A stretch of 64,000 nt of DNA from a virus. How positions within the stretch are numbered: position 1 is the first letter of the stretch; every line of letters begins with the position of its first letter. Where the stretch lies: IMG/VR virus record IMGVR_UViG_3300020248_000002, one strand, 5' to 3'. The translations under genes were made by a program, and so were the position numbers. Positions 9,635-17,632 of the stretch are shown in pieces. The notes under the pieces were generated by a model. It saw only the letters and a program-made list of their open reading frames with translations. It was not told the DNA's origin and did no database searches.

Positions 9635-10304
9635 AACTGTATTTAAAACTGTAGGTCCTCCGAAACCTATCTATGAAATAAATTCTGTGACAAAGAAGTC
9701 TGGTTTAAGACTCTATGAAGTTGCAGAAAACAAATGGTATCCTTCTATCACGACTATCACAAGTCATCGTAAGAAGGATTCTATTATTAAATGGAGGAAA
9801 CGTGTCGGTGAAAAGCAAGCAACAAAAATTTCAACTGCTGCTGCATCACGTGGCAATAAGTTTCATTCTATGGTAGAATGTTATTTGAAGAACGAAGAAG
9901 TATCTTTCGATGAAACTAATCCTCTTGCTACTTATCTTTTTCAGTCCTCCCGTGAGGAACTTAATAGGATCAATAACATACACCTTTTGGAGAGTTGTCT
10001 CTTCAGTGATTATCTTCGCATTTCTGGTCGCGTTGACTGCATAGCAGAGTTTGATGGAGAACTATCTGTCATTGACTTTAAGACATCAACTAAACCTAAG
10101 AAAGAAATATGGATTGAGAATTACTTTGTTCAAGAAACTGCTTACGCAGTTATGTATTATGAAAGATGTGGTGTTCCCATCAATAAAATAGTCACGATCG
10201 TAGCAGTAGAAGATGGAACTGTTCAAGTCTTTGAAAAGAATCCAGATCACTACTATGACCTTCTCAGATCATACATCGATGACTTTATGTCTACAATCAA
10301 ATGA
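9624..10304 (+). CDS. PD-(D/E)xK exonuclease
   Basis: YPSITT, RGNKFH, GRVDCIAE, IDFKTS, QETAYA. Confidence 0.85.
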   Translation: MVSKTVFKTVGPPKPIYEINSVTKKSGLRLYEVAENKWYPSITTITSHRKKDSIIKWRKRVGEKQATKISTAAASRGNKFHSMVECYLKNEEVSFDETNPLATYLFQSSREELNRINNIHLLESCLFSDYLRISGRVDCIAEFDGELSVIDFKTSTKPKKEIWIENYFVQETAYAVMYYERCGVPINKIVTIVAVEDGTVQVFEKNPDHYYDLLRSYIDDFMSTIK

Positions 10305-10546
10305 AAGAATTTAAAGACAAATTTATGACACAAGCGAAATTCTCAGGAATGGTAGAGGATGTTGTTAAAAATAGCAATGGACTTACCAATTATATTGATG
10401 CAGTTGTAGTTGTCTGCGATGAATATGACATCGAGATTGAAACTGTAAACAAATTAATTTCTCGTCCACTCAAGGATAAGATTAAATATAATGCACAGCA
10501 ATTAAATTACGTAAAGAAAACTAGCAGAGGAGTGTTACCATTATGA
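10301..10546 (+). CDS. gp33: late transcription coactivator gp33
   Basis: YIDAVV..C...IE.E...KLIS.PLK.KI...A..LN, ends KTSRGVLPL. Confidence 0.88.
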   Translation: MKEFKDKFMTQAKFSGMVEDVVKNSNGLTNYIDAVVVVCDEYDIEIETVNKLISRPLKDKIKYNAQQLNYVKKTSRGVLPL

Positions 10547-10884
10547 CCAACCCATTCTATGAATCAGAAGTAATTAAAGAAGAGTTGGAGAATATGCAAC
10601 AACTCTATAAAGATTTGTATGATTTGTCAGTTAGATTTCCTTTGATGAAGAAGGAAGATAAGAAGTTACACATCGTTAAAACTTTAGAACTAATTGCTAA
10701 ACAAAAGATCTTTTATGGTAGACTATGTTTGATGGCATTGGAGGATGAAGAAGCAGCGGAGGTCAAGATTCGCATAGACCAAATGACTCAAATCTATAGT
10801 GGTGGCAAGCAAATTCAAGAAGTCTTAGAAGATATGGAGAAACGCTTACACTCGTGGAGAAGGGAACTTGACGCAACTAAATAG
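10543..10884 (+). CDS. DUF1825-like protein
   Basis: FYESEVI..E and KQKIFYGRL.L..D.EA motifs. Confidence 0.65.
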   Translation: MTNPFYESEVIKEELENMQQLYKDLYDLSVRFPLMKKEDKKLHIVKTLELIAKQKIFYGRLCLMALEDEEAAEVKIRIDQMTQIYSGGKQIQEVLEDMEKRLHSWRRELDATK

Positions 10885-10896
10885 TTATGTTACCCT
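10868..10896 (+). promoter_or_regulatory. overlapping sigma70-type and late promoters for gp32
   Basis: TTGACG-17-TACCCT with TAAATA (10878-10883) in the spacer. Confidence 0.5.
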
Positions 10897-10940
10897 ATAG
10901 GGTAGTATATTTTACACAACACACAAACAACAGACTAATT

Positions 10941-11882
10941 ATGTCATTCGCAAGTTTAAAAAAATCTTCTGGTAAGTTTGCTGATCTAACAAAAGAGATC
11001 AACAAAATGAACAGCAACGGTAAACAATCTGACGACCGTTTATGGAAACCAGGAGTTGATAAGTCAGGTAATGGTTTTGCTATTATTCGTTTCGTTCCAC
11101 AAAAGAACGCAAGCGATCTACCTTGGGCACAGGTTTGGAGTCACGCATTTCAAGGTCCTGGTGGATGGTTAATTGAAAACTGTCCTACAACCAAAGGTGA
11201 AAAATGTCCTATTTGTGCACACAATTCTGGTCTATGGAATAGTGGAAGAGAAGCAGACAAGGACATAGCACGTAAACAAAAAAGAAAACTTTCCTATTTT
11301 GCTAACATCTATGTTATCAAAGACCCTCTAAACCCAGAGAACGAAGGACAGGTCTTTCTATACAAGTTTGGTAAGCGTATCTTTGATAAACTTACAGCAC
11401 GTATGCAACCAGACGAGAACGACTACGATCCACAACCCGCGATCAACCCATTCGATCTTTGGAAAGGTGCAGACTTTAAATTAAAGATCAAGCAGGTCGC
11501 AGGTTACTGGAACTACGATGACTCATCATTCAATGCAGCATCAACTCTAGGTAACTTTGACGATTCTAAGTTGGAAGAGATTTATAACAGCAGTTATTCC
11601 CTTGAGGAGTTTACTGATGAATCTAATTTCAAAAGTTACGACCAGTTGGATGAACGTCTTAAGGCAGTTCTTGGACAAGCAGTTCAACCAAAGTCATTCG
11701 ACACAGACAAATACGATCACGCACCAAGTATCACGGAAACCCCTGTTCCAAATACAAACTGGAAGGAAGAGGTTGAATCATTCTCAGCGACTAAAACTGT
11801 TGCGTCTGCAACAACTCCTGCTGCTAAAGAAGAGGAGGACGATGCGTTAAGTTTCTTCCAGAAACTCGCAGAGGAAGATTAA
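10941..11882 (+). CDS. gp32: single-stranded DNA-binding protein gp32
   Basis: MSFASLKK, DDRLWKP, GNGFAIIRF, HAFQGPGGW.IENC..T...CP.C, acidic tail FFQKLAEED. Confidence 0.95.
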   Translation: MSFASLKKSSGKFADLTKEINKMNSNGKQSDDRLWKPGVDKSGNGFAIIRFVPQKNASDLPWAQVWSHAFQGPGGWLIENCPTTKGEKCPICAHNSGLWNSGREADKDIARKQKRKLSYFANIYVIKDPLNPENEGQVFLYKFGKRIFDKLTARMQPDENDYDPQPAINPFDLWKGADFKLKIKQVAGYWNYDDSSFNAASTLGNFDDSKLEEIYNSSYSLEEFTDESNFKSYDQLDERLKAVLGQAVQPKSFDTDKYDHAPSITETPVPNTNWKEEVESFSATKTVASATTPAAKEEEDDALSFFQKLAEED

Positions 11883-11897
11883 TAGTTTGATACCCTT

Positions 11898-12497
11898 ATG
11901 ATGCACGAGTTATTTCCAACTCCTGTTTTTGAAGAAAATATTGGGGTGCCAGAAGGCACCCTTTCTATTCTCGATACAATGGAGTGGGATAGGTTTGAAA
12001 CCAAAAGTATTACAAAAGAAAAAAATATTTTAAACTTTCTACCTTCTGTTTACAACAGGATACAGAAGCAGATCGAAGACTGGTGCTATAATACACTACT
12101 CATTAAGACTACAAATGAACTAGAGATAGTAAGATCTTGGGCAGCATCACATAAAACTGGAGATAGTTGTGATTGGCATTCACATACCAACGCTGTAATG
12201 AGTGGTGTTTACTATATAATGTGTAACCCTGACAGTGGAAGGTTGTTCTTTAACAAGGGAGCACATTATCAGAACTGTTTTGTTCCTACATTGGAACCAG
12301 ACACAGTAGGATTTGTTCCTGCAACTGCTAAACAATTTTCTATACTACCCGAACCTGGAACTCTGTTGATGTTTCCATCACAGTTAGTACACAGGGCAGA
12401 ACGCAACCAGTCTACAAACTGGCGACTATGTATTGCATATGATGTGTTTATTCGTGGTAGAATAGGTACAGAACACGGTAATGAAGTTACATTATGA
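11898..12497 (+). CDS. 2OG-Fe(II) oxygenase-like protein (TIGR02466 type)
   Basis: LFPTPV, HSH, SGVYY, FPSQLVH, RLCIAYD. Confidence 0.8.
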   Translation: MMHELFPTPVFEENIGVPEGTLSILDTMEWDRFETKSITKEKNILNFLPSVYNRIQKQIEDWCYNTLLIKTTNELEIVRSWAASHKTGDSCDWHSHTNAVMSGVYYIMCNPDSGRLFFNKGAHYQNCFVPTLEPDTVGFVPATAKQFSILPEPGTLLMFPSQLVHRAERNQSTNWRLCIAYDVFIRGRIGTEHGNEVTL

Positions 12498-12784
12498 AAC
12501 TCTTTCCTTTAATGCTTGTAGCAGCAATCGCTACACCTCAAGTTGCATCAGCACACACTAGATTAAAAAGTGGAGAATTTGAAGTAGAACCTTCTCATTG
12601 TGCTTTTGATAGGACATTTGAAAGTTGGAACTGTTGGTATCGTCCTGCTCCTAGACCAGAGTACGGAGATTATCATCACCACCATCACTATGGTTGGCGA
12701 AGAGGACCATACTTCTCACCGAATGAGTACAACGAACACGGAGTTCCCTGTTACATTTACAAAGACGATAACTGGTGTTTTTAA
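12494..12784 (+). CDS. putative exported His/Cys-containing protein
   Basis: Signal-peptide-like N-terminus ending ASA; YHHHHHY; four Cys. Confidence 0.55.
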   Translation: MKLFPLMLVAAIATPQVASAHTRLKSGEFEVEPSHCAFDRTFESWNCWYRPAPRPEYGDYHHHHHYGWRRGPYFSPNEYNEHGVPCYIYKDDNWCF

Positions 12785-13030
12785 ATGAAACTAATCGACG
12801 GATGCTACTCTCTCAAACTAGAATGTGCGTTGAGAGGGTTGGGATTTGTCGATGTGGGTAAGTGGAAAACTGTAGCAAGAGCAGGTATATTTTTTGTTGA
12901 ACCAATAGGAATCCCAGAGGACCCTGATGCGGATCTTCTGGGATTTTTAGTGACTATTCCTTATGCTTCGTGGAAGAGACCGAGATTAAAAGATACTGCT
13001 AAAAAAGCGTTGGACTACTGTTTGGATTAG
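12785..13030 (+). CDS. hypothetical protein
   Basis: Abuts the previous ORF; converges on gp53. Confidence 0.5.
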   Translation: MKLIDGCYSLKLECALRGLGFVDVGKWKTVARAGIFFVEPIGIPEDPDADLLGFLVTIPYASWKRPRLKDTAKKALDYCLD

Positions 13031-14043
13031 TACCCTCCTCCGTAGTATCCACCCCCACTTGATCCCGAAGACCCGCTAGAACTAGAAGAACCACTAGAAG
13101 AACTAGAACTACTTGATCCACTTGAGGATGAAGAACTTGATGAACTTGATGACGAACTCGATGAACTGCTTGACGAGGAACTTGTGTCAGTAGATGATGT
13201 ATTATTATAAGTTGTAGCGGAAGAGGCATTTGAATCTGTTGTACTTAATGTTACACCTGTAGATGTAGTTGTCGTGGTTGTTGACGACGCTGCTGATGAA
13301 CCACCAGAAGATATTAATGCAGTAGAAGAACCACCACCAGATGCAGAACCTGTTGATGCAGTGCTCTGTCTTGGACGATTGTACTTGGGTAGACCGATAA
13401 ATTCTTCAGCAAGAGATCCTTGTGTTTTCTTATTGTTAGAAGAATCTAGTTCAATGTTAGGAAGATACCTTGCTAACTTCTTGAACTCTGCAATGAAGTC
13501 ATTTAGATATTGTGGACGTAAAAGATATATGTTTCTCTTAGTATCATTTATTGCTGCTTCATAGGAGTAGTAGGATACTGAAGATCTAGATTCGGATTTT
13601 GGAAGGATGGTGCCATCGGGTTTCGTGTATTGGTAAGACTCCGAAACAGTAATCCCACCAGGAAGTAGGACAAGATCAAGACTAGGACTCTTATACTCCT
13701 TTGTTTCATAGTGCTTTACTCCTTCGATAGAACCGTATTTGTCTAGGACATAGTTGTATAAATCTTCACGATTCATTGGCCAATCTTCATTTACATTAAT
13801 AATGTTATTAATTAGAAGAATTACCCAGTCTAGACCTGCATCTTTATATATCTCATAGGCAACCTGATCAGGTCTTGTTCCATCTTGTATCTCATACTGA
13901 GTGAATCCAAGTAATGAACCTTGTAAATCATCTCTGATTTTGATACGTCTAAAAATATTTACAGACAGTTCATATGGTTGTGAACCGTTGACTCTGGTTT
14001 TATTTCTAACAAAAACTTTAGGTAGGTATTTAAAGTATGCCAT
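13027..14043 (-). CDS. gp53: baseplate wedge protein gp53 with Ser/Thr-rich tail
   Basis: YFKYLP, NIFRR, RPDQVA..IY...DWVILLINNI...WP, HYET, KRNIYLLRP.Y. Confidence 0.88.
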   Translation of the reverse strand: MAYFKYLPKVFVRNKTRVNGSQPYELSVNIFRRIKIRDDLQGSLLGFTQYEIQDGTRPDQVAYEIYKDAGLDWVILLINNIINVNEDWPMNREDLYNYVLDKYGSIEGVKHYETKEYKSPSLDLVLLPGGITVSESYQYTKPDGTILPKSESRSSVSYYSYEAAINDTKRNIYLLRPQYLNDFIAEFKKLARYLPNIELDSSNNKKTQGSLAEEFIGLPKYNRPRQSTASTGSASGGGSSTALISSGGSSAASSTTTTTTSTGVTLSTTDSNASSATTYNNTSSTDTSSSSSSSSSSSSSSSSSSSSSGSSSSSSSSGSSSSSGSSGSSGGGYYGGGY

Positions 14044-15083
14044 TACACTGTTAGTGAATTTCTAGTAAGGAATGCAGTCTCATCAAAAACTAGAGACATT
14101 GTGAAAGAAGCAGGACCGTAATCCATATTACTATCAAAAGCATCTTTCAATGAATTATATGGACCATCAGGAGATAAATTTATACTCATATTTTTTAACA
14201 CTACTTTAGTAGGGAACTGCATAATTCTTTTCAATCCTTTTGGAGAACCACCACTCAGTTCTAAACTACCATCATCACTTGGTGTTCCTGCTATACGAAT
14301 GATGTCAAGTCTAAAGTAGTCTGGTATTCCTAACCAACGACCTGCTGCTGACCCACTAAATGCTTCTTCTGCAAGGGTAGTATCAGTCTCATTACCTCCT
14401 TCTGTTACTCCAGTTTGTTCTGCTTTATCTGCATCTTGCATTTCTGGTAACATTCCTCTACGGAGAACGTTTATTATCTTATATAACTCATCTGATTCTT
14501 GTCTGTTACGTGGTTGACATTGGAAAGAAAAGTTATGTGAACGATAGTTTGTACCACGGAATGTTGTTTCTTGGTATGGGTTAAATATTTTCTTCTTAAC
14601 TAAAGCACCAACACTATTAGCATCTAAGTTAGAACCACTTGCTCCTAGTGCACTATTAATTGTACCTAAAGCACCTGCAATTTTATCCATAACAAACTGA
14701 GGTTTTGCTGCTTTTGCAGTAGTTTGAATAGCACTTACTATATCTACGTCTCCTCCTGCTGCTGCTGTTGCTCCTGCATCTAATGCTTGAACACCTGCTG
14801 CACCAACGGTTGTTCTTTCATAATTTGTAGAGTATTGTTCTTGTAATTTTGGTGGTAGGTACAAATAAATTGTATTTTTTAAACTACCTTCTGCTTCTCC
14901 ACCACCACCAAGCACACTGTTACTACCATATCCACCACTGTTACCAATGTAAGAATATGGATTACCATCTGTTGACGAGTGGTGTTTTATTACTAAATAG
15001 TCTACGAAACTGGTCTCGAAACTATCTCTTCTGTTTTGCAAAAGAGAACTCCCAGGAACTGATCTCGGATATACTAATGACAT
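14043..15083 (-). CDS. gp48: baseplate tail-tube cap gp48
   Basis: IYLYLP, NPYQE..F.G..YR.H.FSF...PRN..ES; adjacent to gp53. Confidence 0.8.
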   Translation of the reverse strand: MSLVYPRSVPGSSLLQNRRDSFETSFVDYLVIKHHSSTDGNPYSYIGNSGGYGSNSVLGGGGEAEGSLKNTIYLYLPPKLQEQYSTNYERTTVGAAGVQALDAGATAAAGGDVDIVSAIQTTAKAAKPQFVMDKIAGALGTINSALGASGSNLDANSVGALVKKKIFNPYQETTFRGTNYRSHNFSFQCQPRNRQESDELYKIINVLRRGMLPEMQDADKAEQTGVTEGGNETDTTLAEEAFSGSAAGRWLGIPDYFRLDIIRIAGTPSDDGSLELSGGSPKGLKRIMQFPTKVVLKNMSINLSPDGPYNSLKDAFDSNMDYGPASFTMSLVFDETAFLTRNSLTV

Positions 15084-15530
15084 TTGATTATGACTAAAAG
15101 TTACTCAGGAAAATTCAAACCAAGTTACCCTGGAAAATACAAAGGGGATCCTACTAATATTATTTATAGAAGTTTATGGGAAAGAAAGTTTATGGTATGG
15201 TGCGACCGCAATATAAACGTGGAGGAATGGGGTAGTGAGGAGATTATTATCCCGTACATCAGTCCTGTTGATGGTAGGGTTCATCGCTACTTTCCAGATT
15301 TTTACGTCAGAGCAAGGACCAAAACTGGGGGGAAGACGAGACTTATTATCGAGGTCAAACCTCTTAAGCAGACACAGACACCTAAGAAACAACAGCGACG
15401 TACAAAGAAATATTTGAATGAGGTAAGAACATATGCTGTTAATGATGCAAAGTGGAAAGCAGCAAGAGAATATTGTAAGGATCGTCAAATGGTATTTATG
15501 ATACTAACCGAGAAAGAGTTACAAGTATGA
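15084..15530 (+). CDS. gp4: head completion protein gp4 (TnsA-like nuclease fold)
   Basis: KYKGDP.NIIYRSLWE, WGSEE..IPY.SP.D...HRYFPDF, IEVKP, N.AKW.AA. Confidence 0.92.
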   Translation: MIMTKSYSGKFKPSYPGKYKGDPTNIIYRSLWERKFMVWCDRNINVEEWGSEEIIIPYISPVDGRVHRYFPDFYVRARTKTGGKTRLIIEVKPLKQTQTPKKQQRRTKKYLNEVRTYAVNDAKWKAAREYCKDRQMVFMILTEKELQV

Positions 15531-16000
15531 GCACCTTCACCGACATAAAAGCAAAACAAACTGGTGGTAGAACTAAACAGTGGTGGAGAAACAAGTTAAG
15601 AACTGCTCTCAATACCTATGTTTCACCACAGGTAGGTAGGATGGTGTTCTTTGACTATCCAAACCCAAAGTTTAAAGAGAAAATGTTTCATTGGGATGCG
15701 TTTCCATTGGTTTATATTATGAATGAAGATGCTGAACATTTCTGGGGTGCTAACCTACATTATGTGATGCCACAGGAACGTGTAGCGATGGGTGAAGCAT
15801 TAGCAGCAGGTAATTCTATATCAAGTGATGTTTTTGCTCTTACCGTGCATAAATACTTGAGGAATAGAGTGCGTGGTGCTTTATTAGACATACCAGAATC
15901 TGATTGGGCAGATATAGGTTTGATGCCCTTAGAACAATTTTATGTAACTATTAATGGAAGAGATAAACCTATGCCAACGCAGTTAGCACTAAAAAGATGA
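15527..16000 (+). CDS. gp2: DNA end protector gp2
   Basis: GRMVFFDY..PK.K....WD.FPLV, FWGANLHY, HKYL. Confidence 0.8.
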   Translation: MSTFTDIKAKQTGGRTKQWWRNKLRTALNTYVSPQVGRMVFFDYPNPKFKEKMFHWDAFPLVYIMNEDAEHFWGANLHYVMPQERVAMGEALAAGNSISSDVFALTVHKYLRNRVRGALLDIPESDWADIGLMPLEQFYVTINGRDKPMPTQLALKR

Positions 16001-16689
16001 GAAATTTTAAAGGTTTTCAAGATTTTCTAGCAAAAGGTAATTACGGACCGTCGAAGAGTAATCTATTCGAGGTCACAATACAACCACCTCGTTTTGTGTT
16101 TGCAAATACTGCTAATACTTTAGGACCAGGTGGATCAGTAGAATTAAATGAGTGGAATGATGCTGTAGACTATCTTGCAGATGAAGTAAAGATTCCATCA
16201 AGAGCATTGATGACTGGAGGTGTAACTAACTTTGGTATTGAAAGAAAGTATGCTACATTCCAACAACCACAAGAGATGAACATACAGTTCATAGTTCCAG
16301 TAAATCAGTGGCCAAGGTATGTTTTTGATCGTTGGATTCAAATTATAAGTAGAGACTCTGAGAATAGAACAATGTTTTATGATGATTACACAGCAGACAT
16401 ACACATAGATAAGTATGAAGGTGGATCTAATGACATACTTAGAGCAACAGACTCATTTACAGGGAGAATAATAGGACAGACAAGATTAAATAAAGTTACA
16501 GCAAGTTGGACTGCATTTAATTGTTTCCCTACTAATGTAAGTGTGATGTCATTTGACAATAAACAGACACGATTGATGAAGTTAGATGTTCAGTTCAGAG
16601 TTGAAAGACTACGTATGGAAGCAAAGATAGGATCACAGGGAGATTGGAGAGCAAGTAATTACATAGATCAGAATGTAATCCGTCGTTAG
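15997..16689 (+). CDS. gp54: tail-tube-like protein / baseplate tube initiator gp54
   Basis: NLFEV.I..P, V.IP.R, FDRW, FYDDY, FPTNV, L.VQF. Confidence 0.65.
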   Translation: MRNFKGFQDFLAKGNYGPSKSNLFEVTIQPPRFVFANTANTLGPGGSVELNEWNDAVDYLADEVKIPSRALMTGGVTNFGIERKYATFQQPQEMNIQFIVPVNQWPRYVFDRWIQIISRDSENRTMFYDDYTADIHIDKYEGGSNDILRATDSFTGRIIGQTRLNKVTASWTAFNCFPTNVSVMSFDNKQTRLMKLDVQFRVERLRMEAKIGSQGDWRASNYIDQNVIRR

Positions 16690-16727
16690 GGTGCTAAATA
16701 ACTATATACTGAATTGAATTTAAAACT

Positions 16728-17438
16728 ATGCCAATGCCATTGCCGACCCTCGTGGTCCCTGAGTATGAATGTACCCTACCGTTCGGTCAAAAGGTAACAT
16801 ACCGTCCATTCCTAGTTCGTGAAGAGAAATTGCTTTATATGGCAATGGAATCTCAAGATCAAAAGGAAATGATCAAGGCAGTTAAAGAGATTATTAAAAA
16901 TTGTACGAGTGTTAAAAAAATAGAAACACTTGCTACATTTGATATTGAATATTTGTTCTTACGTATTCGTGCTAAGTCAGTAGGTGAAGTCAGTGAATTT
17001 AAAGTCATTGCTCCTGATGATAACGAGACTCAAGTTGAAGTAGAAGTTAATCTTGAGGAAGTAGAAGTAGTTGTTCCAAAAGAACATACAAATAAAATAA
17101 AAATTACTGATGAAGTCACACTCGTGATGAAGTATCCTTCTATTGATACATTTGTAAAGAATAATCTAGCAGATGATCCTAAACTTGATGACATTTTCCA
17201 ACTTGCAGCAGATTGTGTAGACCAAATTGCCAACGGTGAAGAGGTAGAAAACGCAAAAGCATACAAGAAAGGAGAACTCATAAACTTCTTTGAAACTATG
17301 AACAATATGCAGTTTCAGAAAGTGCAAAACTTTTTTGAATCAATGCCTAAAGTATCTCATACTATTGAAGTTTTCAATCCAAAGACTGAGAAGAAGAGTG
17401 AGATGGTTCTGGAGGGGATGGCAAGTTTTTTCGCATAG
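16728..17438 (+). CDS. gp26: baseplate hub assembly protein gp26
   Basis: LPTL..PEY, YRPFLVREEK.L, FDIEYLFLRIRAKSVGE, MKYPS, FFESMPK, ends LEGMASFFA; TAAATA at 16695-16700. Confidence 0.9.
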   Translation: MPMPLPTLVVPEYECTLPFGQKVTYRPFLVREEKLLYMAMESQDQKEMIKAVKEIIKNCTSVKKIETLATFDIEYLFLRIRAKSVGEVSEFKVIAPDDNETQVEVEVNLEEVEVVVPKEHTNKIKITDEVTLVMKYPSIDTFVKNNLADDPKLDDIFQLAADCVDQIANGEEVENAKAYKKGELINFFETMNNMQFQKVQNFFESMPKVSHTIEVFNPKTEKKSEMVLEGMASFFA

Positions 17439-17458
17439 CCCTCTCACACGATACATTG

Positions 17459-17632
17459 ATGAATCTATATGAAGTGAACTTTGCATTAATGCAACATCAT
17501 AAGTATAGTCTGACTGAATTAGAATCTATGATGCCTTGGGAGAGGGATGTCTATGTAAATATGCTCATACGACATCTTCGTGAGGAAGAAGCACGTCAGA
17601 AACAGGCAAATTCACAACATCAAACACTGTAA
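17459..17632 (+). CDS. gp51: gp51-like hub assembly protein (57 aa; absent from ORF track; possibly made by frameshift from gp26)
   Basis: MNLYEVNFALMQHHKYSLTELESMMPWERDVYV; its frame is open back to the T-run at 17426. Confidence 0.8.
   Translation: MNLYEVNFALMQHHKYSLTELESMMPWERDVYVNMLIRHLREEEARQKQANSQHQTL

Noticed and set aside
9624-10304. Cas4 / CRISPR adaptation gene
   Set aside because: Lacks the four-Cys Fe-S arrangement and sits in the usual phoH-exonuclease-gp33 core context.
13274-13564. Antisense or overlapping ORFs from the track (e.g. 13274, 25271, 50564, 30204, 17761)
   Set aside because: They shadow well-supported genes, have no SD or promoter, and show reverse-frame composition.
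15084-15530. Tn7 TnsA transposase
   Set aside because: Same fold, but sequence and position next to gp2 identify it as gp4; no other transposon genes.
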